Below are positions 10,784 to 22,550 of a stretch of 64,000 bases of DNA, one piece after another. The DNA lies in assembly GCA_021432655.1 (NCBI GenBank), contig MU271206.1, positions 62,001 through 126,000 on the forward strand, given 5' to 3'. A program made the translations under genes and the position numbers. The notes under the pieces are model-generated. The model was not told the origin of the DNA, ran no database searches, and saw only the letters and a list, made by a program, of their open reading frames with translations. Source of the stretch: Atractiella rhizophila. Lineage: Eukaryota. Numbering within the stretch: position 1 is the first letter of the stretch; each line of letters opens with the position of its first letter.

Positions 10784-11839
10784 ATGCAAAAGGTGAGTCT
10801 TCGTTGTTGTTGATGAGGTTCCTCGGATGGCATTGGATGAAGGAAGTCGATGTGGATTGATGAAAATGTTACTGAGCTCCTTCGCCAAAATCATCATCAA
10901 ATCATCAGGAAAAGACATCAGGAAAAGACATCAGGAGCAGTTTGAATGTGATTGCGCTTCTCAGGAACAACGTGTTCTCTCTTTCCTACCCTGTTCCATC
11001 CGCAATGTTTCCGTTGATGGTGGCGAGGAGCCACCCATGAAAACGATTCAAAACTCAGAGGCACATCGTGCTAATAATGGTCTATGAATGATGGGTTAGA
11101 ATCTGACAAATACTCGCCTTACCCTACTGACCGCCAGCTCGGCGGAGCGAAGAAACGATATGACTGGACTCGCAACTACGTCTGTACGCGATCAGGAGTT
11201 CCACGAGGGAGAAAGTCCAAACCTTCATCCTCTCAGGAGGCAGCTACGAGCGAGCAAGAACTAAAAGTGGGTTGCAAAGCCCGTCTGGTGGTGCACAAGC
11301 TACATGGACAAGAGATGCTGCAGATCACGAAGTATGACGTCCATTCGGGTCATGATCCTGACGCGGACATGAAGGAGATGTGGGGTGCTCTTGGTGGCTC
11401 AGCGGCAAGAGCTGGAGGATCTGGAGAAGGAGGACCAATACCCGGTTCGTTGGGTCAAATCCCGATCTCGACGGTGGATCATGCTCCGAGCGCGGCGAAC
11501 CAGCGAATCGAGTCCTTCTCCCACGCTCAAGCCCTCGCTCATCCTCACGCCCATAACAGTGCTCAACCAGAAGAGTTGTCGCTGCAGATGGAGACTGACA
11601 TCCCCGTTGATGGTCACGAACCAGACATGGAATCCTACCTCGACCCCTTCCTCGCTGACCCACAAAACGAAAGTGATCCAGACTGGAGGTTGACGCGTGA
11701 TAGCCTCGTGGCACACTTGAAGGCGATTGGAGGCAGTATTCGAAGCGTCTCTGAGTGGGATATGGCTAGGGTGTCAACGGACGCATTGAGAGAAATAACG
11801 AGCAGTGCCGAAGAATTGCGAGCGCTTCTTCATGTTTAG
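10636..11839 (+). pseudogene. 5'-truncated copy of a WRKY-GCM1/FAR1-like zinc-domain gene (paralog of 20922-22213)
   Basis: Homology to the minus-strand copy begins abruptly at CTTCCCCTC (10636). Intron 10793-11099. YVCTRSG...KVGCKARLVV...HSGH is intact, but the paralog's start codon and first ~29 codons are absent. Confidence 0.7.
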
Positions 11840-12171
11840 CAGTAGCTGTTTGTCCTTGTTCTATGTAATGATCTGGTTTCTACTTGAGCTCTCATATTTT
11901 GGATGTGCAATCGGTAAAAGGTTTATGGTATAGCCACAGATCTATGACTGGTAAATCCCCTGCTGCGCTTAGGACATCTTCCAACGTTTTTAACCTGGCC
12001 CTTACCGCAGGGCAGTATCTGTGACAGGGAAGTGGAAAGCACAATGGAACCACAGTCGATGAGGTGGTCAATATGGTTGTGAATGTGGATCGAGGCTAAT
12101 GGTAGATTGAATTGTGCTTTTCATTAGAATGAGCTGTGGATATGCGTGTGCTGTACAGACATAGGAGATGA

Positions 12172-13223
12172 CTATAACGGGTCGTCACCAAATTGTGCTT
12201 TCCGTCGATAGGCATTTTGATCCCTCAGCCTGGGCTTTCATCAACACTTTTACTTCGAAAACAGTTGAAGACGTACCACTGCCTGTACCCTTTTATCGAA
12301 TGCACCTTTTCGCCATAATAATCTGGAACCTGCACCATTCCATCAGCTCACGAACATTGAGTTAGAGGGATGAGCCTACAGGGTTTGAGAAGCTCTGCCG
12401 CACTGGGTCCGCACGGTTCTTGATGAGGTGGGTATGGAACTCCTTATCCTTCAAATCCATTTGTCCCAGTGCATCCTTGTTTCTCATGCGCCATAACATC
12501 GTTCCCAGAGGTGGACCAAGAAGGTATCCCAAAGCAATGCATCCGATTGTTCCTCCACCATATCTAGTAACCCGAGAATCAGAGCCTTAGCTCTTCTGGA
12601 CTGCTGAGGGAAATATTTGTGAAAGGAGGGACAAACACGAATAGAGGGTCAATGCCAAATACTTGTTCTGTTGGATTGGACTCTACGCTACCGAAGGTCG
12701 ATAATCCAGCTGCACCTCCTAGTAGTGATGTGGGAATGCTCCATATGATACCGTGGCGATGCCTGGAGCGACGAAGGGCGAAGTATTCAGGCCATGTCAA
12801 CGTGGACTGCTCAACTAAGGGACTGGACGCGGTGGAGGGACCTGCTTGATCAGATCAGCTCAAGAAGGAAAATTTGATGCAGAGAATATCTCTTTCAAGA
12901 TGAGCGGTCGATATTAGCTAGGACTCGCCCATGTGCTCAAGCTCAGCATGTCAAGGCGCTTGCTGCTTTCCATTCCAAGCGCTACCTCACTCATGGGCCA
13001 CATCACGGCACGCAATCTTACACATGTTGGGATTCACGCTCAAGCAGTTCCAAACCCAAGGGACTCCAGGACACAACCCAGTCAACCTTGCAACCAAAAA
13101 CTCACCAGCTTCCTGCCCCTCCTTCCCCTCCGACTTCCTCCCTGATTTAGTAGCAAGCGTCCTCTTCGCAACACCTGCTCTTTTGAGCGCTATTGCCGTT
13201 TGCTGAGATATTCTATAGCTCAT
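12172..13223 (-). CDS. PAM17: Mitochondrial import motor subunit Pam17
   Basis: LTWPEYFALRRSR...GIDPLFV...GYLLGPPLG...[42 protein letters not shown], with a basic presequence-like exon 1. Confidence 0.92.
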
Positions 13224-13410
13224 AACTTTTCTTGATTCTGGTGAGTTCGTAGTTGATGCTGGTTAATGACAAGCACATGCAAGGAACAACCAAAACATGT
13301 CCAAGGATCTCACCAATCAATCTTATTTCAAACGGCGGCCAGACCGCATGAGTCAGTGACAGCCCCAGCTTTCTTAAGGGTCCATTCATGGTCAAGTTGT
13401 GCTCCAAAAC

Positions 13411-15617
13411 ATGACCCAGCTCTTTCTTCCGCTGTTGTGCCTCGTGTCCTCGGGCTATGGAGCTCAGTTCCCTTTCAAGGCGTCTTCAAAACCCACTCTC
13501 ATCAACCAGGAGCTCAGATCCTTCGTTGAAGCAATCCAAAATTTGACTGGGTTGCCTGGTGTTGGATTGGGAGTCGTGAAACTCGTAAATGGCAGCTGGG
13601 TTGAAGAAAGTGCTGGGTTCGGGAAGGCGTCGGATGTCGAGGGACATGTTGTGGACGGAAACGTGAGCAGTTCCTCTTGCGTTCCTTGTTGAGAGCAATA
13701 ACCTGATGCTGGGACTGAATTAGACACTGTTCAATATTGGGAGCAACTCAAAAGCGTTCACCGCACTTGCATATTCTTTCTTGCAGCACGAAGACGGAAC
13801 GGAGTTCTCGTACCGTGAGAAAGTGAAGGATCTCCTCCCAGATTGGAGCTTGGTCGACCCTGTGGCAGAAAGACAAGCTAGCGTCCTTGATATATTAAGT
13901 CACAGACATGGCGTACCACGGCATGTCATCCTCTTACGGGCAAAGAGTATTCTGAAACCTGCATCACAGGCATGACCTTGCTTATAGTCACGAAGATGAT
14001 TTCGCGTCGAATCAACATAAACTCGGAGCATTGTATCCCTCAGCTGAGTTCAGAGAACAGTGCGTCTTGTTGTTTATTCCCTTAAAAAAGCTGAGGAGGT
14101 ACGCAGCTGGCAGTACAACAATATGATGTACGTTACGGCAGGGCGAATCATCGCTCTCCATTCTTCACATACTCCTCTTCATCCCCTGAACTCATCCAAA
14201 TCAATGGGAGATGATGCCTATCAATCCTTTATCCACAGCCATATCTTTACCCCTCTGCACATGGAGCACACGTCCTTCTCACCAGACCTCTACCCCGACC
14301 GAATGGCGAAAGGCTACATGTTACTCTCGAACCGTACCTCCTTCGAAATCCCTTACGTTCCAGAAACCGAATCCGGAAAGAGATACATCGCGCCCGCCGG
14401 AGGTATCATCAGCTCTCCTAATGATCTCAATATCTGGACTAAGTTTCTTGTGGATTCGGCGAGAAAGGCAGAGGGATGGTCATATACCTCCGAGGCTGAT
14501 TTCCTTCGACCTGAAGCAGTACGCCTTTTAATTTGCACTCTATAATGGACAACCTGATGGATAAATAGGTAAAAGAAATGGTTTCTGGTCACATGGTTGG
14601 AAACTCGAGAGCAGTCAACCCCTATGCTTCTTCTGAAATTTATGGAATGGCACTCTCGAGGCGTCACTACAGGGGAAAAGATTTGGTTTGGCACGGAGGT
14701 GCGTTTCATTTGTCACTTATGTCTGCAACGAATTTTGACTGTTGAATCTCCAGGTGCCGTAGATGGTTTTGGTTCTCAAATTGCTTGGAGCCCGATGGAA
14801 GGGGTAGGGATAGCGGTACTCACTAACAATATGGGGTACGTATCCCATTAAAATAAAAATTGTGTGTCCGAATGAAGAGCAGCGTCGGCAACCTGGTCGC
14901 TAATTTGATTACATTGCGAGCCTTCGAGGAGCTAGTAGGCCTGGAACCTTTGATCAAACTGTCCGAATTCGAAGCTGCGTGAGTGTCTCTGCTACAGCTC
15001 CTCAAGTGAGGTATTGATGAGATGCGAACTATAGATCTGGCAACCAACTCGCTCAAATCTCTTCCGCTTACCCTATTTCTTCAATGACCGGACCAGCGCC
15101 ATATCTTCCAGCGCCTTGTCAAAAAAAATCACCGACGCCGAAGGTAACGGCCACCTGGACGGGACCATCGCTTCCTCTCTCCGCTTTCGAAGGAGTTTAC
15201 GAATCGCAAGGCTACGGCACAGCACATCTCTGCCTTGCCAAACCTCACCACTCCGCCCTATCCGCCTGCAATGACCTCTACTCCCACCGAGAAAACAGCA
15301 CGCTGATCGTCGACCCTTCGCAAGAGGGGGAACCTGTGGAACAATCCCTTCTTCTGACCAAAGACAGCATCTGGTTCACCTACGCCGGGCTGTCGCAGAT
15401 TTCGGAACGGGAGTTCAGAGTCGTTGAAGTGGCCAAGATAGTCGATTATAAAGGAGTCAAGCGCTCATTCGCAAGTGTGGAAAGCACAGATATGTTCCTC
15501 AACTTCAAAATCGAGGGCGAAAACGTGGGAGGTTTCGCGATGAGTGGTGTTTGGGGAAGCGGTGCGGACGTGGAGGATGGAGGGAGGGAGGAGGCATATC
15601 TTGTAAAAGTAGGCTAA
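13411..15617 (+). CDS. Secreted beta-lactamase/transpeptidase-like (class C/AmpC-type) serine hydrolase
   Basis: Signal peptide; FNIGSNSKAF (SxxK); DILSHRHGVPRHD; WQYNNMMY (YxN); WHGGAVDGFGS; C-terminal extra domain. Confidence 0.9.
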
Positions 15618-15741
15618 GTAACCGTCTGGGTACAACAGACAATGTGGGATAAATCCTGGAATTCCGATTGTTACATCCTTATTTTACAGGCGTTCGCGTA
15701 TTGGGTACATTGTTGATGGCGTTCAGTTCTGGACCATCCCT

Positions 15742-16588
15742 TCATTTCTTGTGCAACCCAGTAACTAATTGAATCTGGCCATACTTTCTCAACTTTCAGT
15801 CTTTGGAGTAAAGAAGAAACGTACCTCATTTTCGGTCAGCATGAACAAGTCTCCCAGATCACTCGTTTTGCCCAAGGCCGCATTCACCTGTCGGTGGGGA
15901 TGAGCTCCTCTGTCAATCCTGGAGAAAAAGATGTACAGTATTGGTTGCCGTTCTGGCAATCCCACTCCCGCTGCTTCCACCCACCCAAAACCTGATTTCG
16001 TTGGGCACAACTTCAATGACAGACACACGAGGGTCGTGCTCATCTCCTTTATGAGTTCCGTCCTTGAGGTCTCCAAAGTAAGCTTTCATGCTGTTCAAGA
16101 GGCGAAAACATTCATCTCAACACTGCCGTTTGCCAGACTAAGACAGACGCACGAGGAATGCCAATGTTTCTTGATCAGCTCTTTATCCTGTGACACTGTT
16201 GCCGTTCCCGAATAACTAGCCCAGTTCGTAGTTTTGGGATCATAGAACGAGACGTTGACGTTGTGGTCGTTTTGGATCTCGTCAAACTTGTGGGACGCAT
16301 TATTGGCCAGAAAGTAGAGTGTAAGACTCGTTGGAGTTTCTGGAGAGGCGGGATGCATCGCTCTTGAGTTCGATCAATGTTACTGTTACAACCGATTCCC
16401 TCCAGTCTTTAAGGAGGAGAAACGCACCTAGAGTGCAGATGTCCGGTAGAGCTACGCGTCACCAACATTCCCGTGGAAGCAGCTTTGAGGATTTCATGAA
16501 GTTTCGTGATTTTGTCCTGCGGAGAAGTGTGGCTGTCTTCTGCCTTGTGAGTAAAGGGATCAAGGTCTTGGGTCGCTGAGGAGGTCAT
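15742..16588 (-). CDS. Bli-3/general stress protein 26-like pyridoxamine-5'-phosphate-oxidase-fold protein
   Basis: GMLVTRSSTGHLHSRAM...FLANNASHKFDEIQNDHNVNVSFYD...WASYSG...MKAYFGDLKDGTHKGDEHDPRVSVIEVVPNEIRFW. TATA-like TATATAA at ~16655. Confidence 0.85.
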
Positions 16589-16802
16589 TGTTGCCCTTTA
16601 TTCTGCTAGATGTTTCTGGGCCAATCTGACAGGTTCATGAAGACAATGAGACTCTTATATAAAGGGGATGTGAGGGGATAAATGCGTGATGTAATTCTAA
16701 TTCCCAGATCTCCATTGCATTGTTGGGAATGCATTGGACAGCATCTCATGACGCACGCGACGCGACGCGTAACCCTAACTCCCTTTGTGATCGCGACTCC
16801 AA

Positions 16803-17506
16803 AAGAGGAAGAACGAAAATGACAAGGAACTGGATATCAACGTTTTGGTCCACGTAAATGGAGTACTTGTGTTGTGGCAGCTTCAGATGATTTGCGTGGA
16901 ATCATGGAGGTGTTAGCTACAGTAGGACGTATTGGAGCGGAAACAGGTTGCTGAAATCAATGCCTACATCATATTGGTAAGTTCTACCTGCTTACTTCGT
17001 ATCATGAGACGTTGAGTAACGAGACAGCGGAGTGTCCAGGGCTACGTCCTTCAAGTTCGGTAGGTTCTTGCAGAAATGACTGGACTATGCCAGATGCCCA
17101 TTCACGAAAATTGCCATTCAAAACGCCCAAGCTCTCTCAGTTGTGTCCGTGGCATATTCTTCTACAGTTAACCTGTTATAACTGAAATTTCTTGATGGAG
17201 AGTACGTCTCGTTTGAACCATTGGTAACAAGCTTCGTCAGGGCTCGTCTAAAAGCCTCGGCACTGTTAGGCTTCCTTCAGTCAGCAAGAGAAAAATGCCG
17301 CGAATTCTGAAGTAATATTTTCTGTGTTACAGCCGAGCGTTGGGCTGAGTGCTGGCATCCAGCCACAACTCCGCTCCTCCGTCAAGGGTTTAATTTCCTC
17401 CACATCCGCAGCAGAGTTGAGCAACTCGGTCAATGCTGTCAAGAAATTCAACATCCGCGACCACGCCGCCAGAATCCGCGGCCATTTGGTTGGCCAGCAA
17501 CTTTAG
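16803..17506 (+). pseudogene. Eroded multi-exon gene relic or spliced non-coding transcript
   Basis: Series of GT..AG intron-like segments flanking protein-like fragments (KELDINVLVH/DVLERKQVAEINAYIIL; ...VKKFNIRDHAARIRGHLVGQQL*), with no continuous ORF or start. Confidence 0.3.
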
Positions 17507-17603
17507 TCCGTTGATGATAAAATCGTGAACCCCACAAATTGTCCTCGTCTTTAGCCACATCCAACCACCATCTCACCACTCAGTTTTCTTGCTTGCTGTC
17601 AAA

Positions 17604-18309
17604 ATGAGAGCCTATTACTTCGAGCAGTCGGACGCCGACCAGCGAGACCCTCATGACTCTGGAATTCCGTGTCCTTCTTCGAAACTCGATGAACTCGGCG
17701 TGCTACACTTTCCTGCGATTGGGAGACAGAAATTGGATGAAGTTGCGGTTCAAAGGAGTTATAAGAACAGGGATATCATGGAGGTGGGCCACCCAGTTGC
17801 GACCGAAGGGAAAAGCCAAGCTAATCATAACTATCGGGGGACCGAGTAGTTGAGCAAAGATACCTTGAAGGACGAATACGAGAAGAAACTTCAAATGTTC
17901 TATGCTGAGCATTTGCACGAAGACGAAGAAATTAGATACATCCTCGAAGGCTCTGGCTACTTCGACGTCCGGGGTATGCTTTCTGAAAGGCTCCAACCGC
18001 ACCATTTCTGAGATGGTTGTTTGGCTTAGACAAAGGAGACTCCACCTGGATTCGCATTCATTGCGAACTCGACGACCTCATCATCCTCCCAGCCGGTATT
18101 TATCATCGCTTCACCCTTGATCATGGAAATTTCGTCAAGGTCATGCGATTGTTCAAGGTTTGTCCTTGTCACCACCGCTACACACTTTCTAAAGCTCCTT
18201 GTCGTCGTAGGAGGCACCAATTTGGGTCGCTTTGAACAGGGGAGACCAAGCTGATGCTGTTCCTTGCAGAAAGGAATATCTTCACTCTCTAGTTCCCAGC
18301 GCTGCTTGA
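17604..18309 (+). CDS. ADI1: Acireductone dioxygenase (methionine salvage)
   Basis: MRAYYF...DQRDPHDSG...RSYKNRD...[25 protein letters not shown]...WIRI...[16 protein letters not shown]...MRLFK. Confidence 0.95.
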
Positions 18310-18493
18310 AATCGGACACACAGTCCGACGTTGTTTCTATTGATTTCTTGATCACCTTATCAGAAGTGCCTCTTAAAGAATATTTGAGTTAAATGACCCC
18401 TTTTGCTTTGCTGCTTGGAGGGTCCAAGAGTTGTATTATTCCGTGTTTCCGTGATACATACAACAATACAAGATGCAAGCCGTGATGTTTACA

Positions 18494-20670
18494 CTAATCG
18501 ATCTTGACGAGGTAGTCTTCTACCGTGTCCGTTGTTACGTCGACGTCCTCTCCAGCTCCCCAAAATCCACCAGTCAGAGCCATTCCCTTCACTTGCTTAC
18601 CCTCCACGTCGAACATCAACTTCCAACCAAGTACCGTCACGTCGGTCAAGAAATTTCTCTTCACGCCTTTATAATCCACAATCTTCGAAGCATGTAAAAT
18701 TTGAAAGCTTTCTGGAGTTATTTGAACGAAACTAGCGGACGTGATGGAGATGCTGTCTTTCGTAATCAGAAGGTCAGCTGGATGTATCTGAGAAGGAGGA
18801 TCCATGATGATAGTGCTGTTGGAATTAAGGGCGTAGAGCGCTGTACAAGCAGGAAGGGGAGACGTGGACGGCCTGCAGACGTGAACGGTGCCGTATCCTT
18901 CGGATCGATAGGTTCCTTCGAAAGCATCGATGGGAAGAGAAAGACCGCTCCAGCGGGGCTCAAAGGAAGGACGGTGGAAGGAAGGAAGTAATACTGAGGG
19001 AATCGTTGTCAACGGCCCAGCCCATGGATTCGATGGGTAGATTGAAGTAATGTTCTCCACAGACCTAGGTATCCTCAGCTTGTTTGCCGAAAGCGTAGCG
19101 TTACTGCGAGAAGGAAGACGCACATCAAGTTGACCACAGACTCAGGACGAGGTGCCAAGCTGGTCAGCTCCTCAAACACCCTCAAGGTGATGGCATTTGC
19201 AACAATGTTACCAATACTATGACCCGTCGTCATCAGTTCCCTCGAGCGGCTGAAAAACAAACCCCATAGTATTAACCAGGACCACGATGCCTATGCCTTC
19301 CATTGGGCTCCAGGCAATTTGAGACCCGAAACCATCAATTGCACCTGCAGTTATCGGTATTTCGTTTCATGAGCACAAGGCGTGTTGGTAGATGGTATGC
19401 CTACCTCCGTGCCAAACCAAATCTTTGCCTCGATAGCGAAACCTTGAAAATCCCATCCCATAAATTTCGGAGGAAGACAGCGGATCAGCTGCTTTGGAAC
19501 TGCTAATCATGTGTCCAGAGACCATTTCTTTCACCTGGATGATACAATCATTGAGAGATTAACACAGAAAAGCAAAGAAACGGCGTACAGCTTCCGGACG
19601 CAATAAGTCTTGGTTTGAACCAAACGACAAACCTTCCGCCTTCCTAACTGAATCAATGAGAAACTTTACCCAAAAGTTCAGCTCTTTTGCTGAGCTTATA
19701 ACTCCTCCAGCAGGGCCAATATATCGTCTGCCAGATTCCGTTTCTGGAACATATGGTATTTCATAAGACTTGCCATCGACGAGGTAATACCCTTTGGCCA
19801 TTCGGGCTGCGTGTGTATCGGGAGAGAAGGTGGTGTATTCCATCTGAAGCAGCGTGAAGATGTGCTTCTGTAGGAAAGACTCGTATGGCGTTGCTCCGTT
19901 CGCCTGACCAGCATGAAGAGCGATGATTCGTCCAGCTGTTATGTACATCATATTGTTGTATTGCCAGCTTCACCCTTTATGAGGTCTGGAAATTCAATGT
20001 AGAAATAACACACTGTTCCCTGAACTCAGATGAGGGATACAATGCTCCTAATTTGCGTTGATTTGAGACGAAGTCATCTTCATGACCGTACGCGAGGGCG
20101 TGCCTGCGAGATAGGTTTCAGTGTACTCTCTCTCTCGTAAGACAGCATGCCTTGGTACTCCATGCCTGTGACTCAATATATCAAGCACACTGGCTTGTCT
20201 CTCCGCCACAGGGTCAAGCAAGCCCCAATCTGGGAGGAGATCCTTCACTTTCTCGCGGTACGAGAATTCAGTCCCATTTTCGTGTTGCAAAAAGGAATAT
20301 GCAAGCGCGGTGAACGCTTTTGAGTTGCTGCCTATATTGAAAAGTGTCTGTACCCAATCACAGCGTCAGCAACATGAGACGGTCACTCTCAATAAGGAGC
20401 ACAAGAAGAAGCGCTCACGTCCCCGTCCACGACATGTCCCTCAGCATCCGACGCCTTCCCAAACCCAATACTTTCCTCAACCCAGCTACCATTGACAAAT
20501 TTCACGATCCCCAGCCCAATACCAGGTACCCCTGTCAAGTTTTGAAGTGCCTCAATAAAGGATCTGAGCTGGGGGCTTATGAGAGTGGGTTCTGAAGCCG
20601 CCTGGAGAGGGAGCTGAACTCCATGGGCTAAGGAAGTGAAGCATAAAACTGGAAGAAAGAGCTGGATCAT
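18494..20670 (-). CDS. Secreted beta-lactamase/transpeptidase-like serine hydrolase (paralog of 13411-15617)
   Basis: Same SNSK, YNN and HGG motifs, signal peptide and exon layout as the + copy. Confidence 0.9.
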
Positions 20671-20921
20671 GTTTCGGAGAGCGTTTCGCCCATAACTCAT
20701 CGAGGGGGGTTCAAGTTCTCGGCAAGACCATGCATGATATATGGGCTTGAGGAATGAACGTGACTATGACTCTTTGCGTCCGTCACCGCTCTTTGAAAGG
20801 TCTTTTCCTTTCTAGATATATGACCCGTTTCCATTGAAATTGTCTAAGAGTATTAATTAATCGCCAATGCAGTAGTAATCATACAAAACGAAAAAGAAAA
20901 TGGCAAACATGCTTAGACCAG

Positions 20922-22213
20922 CTAGACACCGAGCATCCTTCTCAAGCCCTCTGCCCTGTTTACAATATCTCTCAAGTCCTCTGTCGATATCTTCTCCGCA
21001 TCCCACTCGCTGACCGACCTTACGCTCTCCCCAACAGCCTTCAGATGGTCTACTAATACCTCTCTCGTCAGTCTCCAATCTGGATCGTTTCCAGCGGGAG
21101 GTTCGGCGAGGTAGGGATCAAGGTATGACTCCATGTCTGGTTCGTGGCCATCCACAGGAATGTCAGTCTCCATCTGTAGTGACAGCTCTTCTTGTTGAGC
21201 ACGGTTGTGGACGTGAGGATGAGCGAGAGCTTGAGCGTGGGAGAAGGACTCGATTCGCTGGTTCGCCGCGCTCGGAGCATGATCCACCGTCGAGATCGGG
21301 ATTTGACCCAACGAACCGGGTATTGGTCCTCCTTCTCCAGATCCTCCAGCTCTTGCTGCCGAGCCACCAAGAGCACCCCACATCTCCTTCATGTCCGCGT
21401 CAGGATCATGACCCGAATGCACGTCGTACTTTGTGATCTGCAGCATCTCTTGTCCATGAAGCTTGTGCACGACCAAACGAGCTTTGCAGCCCACTTTTAG
21501 TTCTTGCTCGCTCGTAGCTGCCTCCTGAGAGGATGAAGGTTTGGACTTTCTCCCTCGTGGAACTCCTGATCGAGTACAGACGTAGTTGCGAGTCCAGTCA
21601 TATCGTTTCTTCGCTCCGCCGAGCTGGCGGTCAGTAGGGTAGGGCGAGTATTTGTCAGATTCTAACCCATCATTCGTAGAGCATTATTAGCATAGCACAA
21701 TATGGATCCTCTGGGGCCTGGATCAATTTCATCAAGTTGCCGCCAGCCACCAATGAAAAATTCATATTGAACTGAGTGGGAAAGAGAGAACACGTTATGG
21801 CTGAGAAGCACCATCATATTCGAACTGCTCCTGATGGCCCGATGCCTTTTCATGGATGATTTCAATGGTTGATTTGGTGAAGGAGGTCAGTAACATTTTC
21901 ATCAATCCACATCGACTTCCTTCATCCAATGCCATCCGAGGAACCTCATCAACAACAACGAAGACGCACCCTTTGCATTCATAGCGGCCTTCTCCTCCCT
22001 AGCCTTCTTGCTACGCTCCTTCCTGGCCCTATTCGGGTCCCTCCTATCATCTCGTACCGTCTGAATCTTCCAAGCCCGTTTCGTTTGTTCCTCCGCCCAC
22101 CAATCCTCCCAGCCGATGAGGGGAAGTGAGATTTGCTCTGTGCCTGGTGGTGGAGGAGCTGGATTGGGTAGAAATGAAGCGAACGATGGAAGAGAGGGGT
22201 CTATTGTGTCCAT
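20922..22213 (-). CDS. WRKY-GCM1/FAR1-like (Mutator-transposase-derived) zinc-domain protein, putative transcription factor
   Basis: Two coding exons (intron 21662-21969). W-rich strand, YDWTRNYVCTRSG, KVGCKARLVV and HSGH give a C..C..HxxH ligand set. No transposase catalytic domain. Confidence 0.7.
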
Positions 22214-22550
22214 GTCGTTGTTGATGCAGCCGGGTCAAGCGTGCATGGACAGAGCACGTGATACTCACCTACTGGGGTTTTCTTCCTTTTCGTTTATTTA
22301 TTATGGGAGGTCGTGTCTCTTGTGCCTCTTAACTTATTTTCTATCATACAATGGCAAATTGAGGTTGTTCGTTGTTGCCAGCTAAATTAGCTTTGTTGCA
22401 CATTGTCTGTTCAATATTGAATATTGAATGTGCTGGCAATGATCCCCATCCCAAAACTGTCAATGCGTTTCCACACCTAACCCACGTCTACGACGGACTC
22501 CATTGAAAACCGAACGAAGTTGCATGCCCGACAAAATATTAATCCAAAGA

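Larger units (their letters stand above)
10636..22126. repeat. Inverted segmental duplication: left arm ~10636-15617, right arm ~18494-22126
   Basis: Zinc-domain gene then beta-lactamase-like gene on +, mirrored by the same two genes on -, with matching intron positions. Confidence 0.9.

Noticed and set aside
10297..10860. 187-aa ORF suggesting an in-frame transposon/zinc-domain fusion
   Set aside because: Splice-phase tracking puts the accessory gene in the other frame (10424-10783), so the join is out of frame.
16770..16779. TAACCCTAA as a telomere
   Set aside because: Only about 1.5 units and interstitial; at most a telobox.
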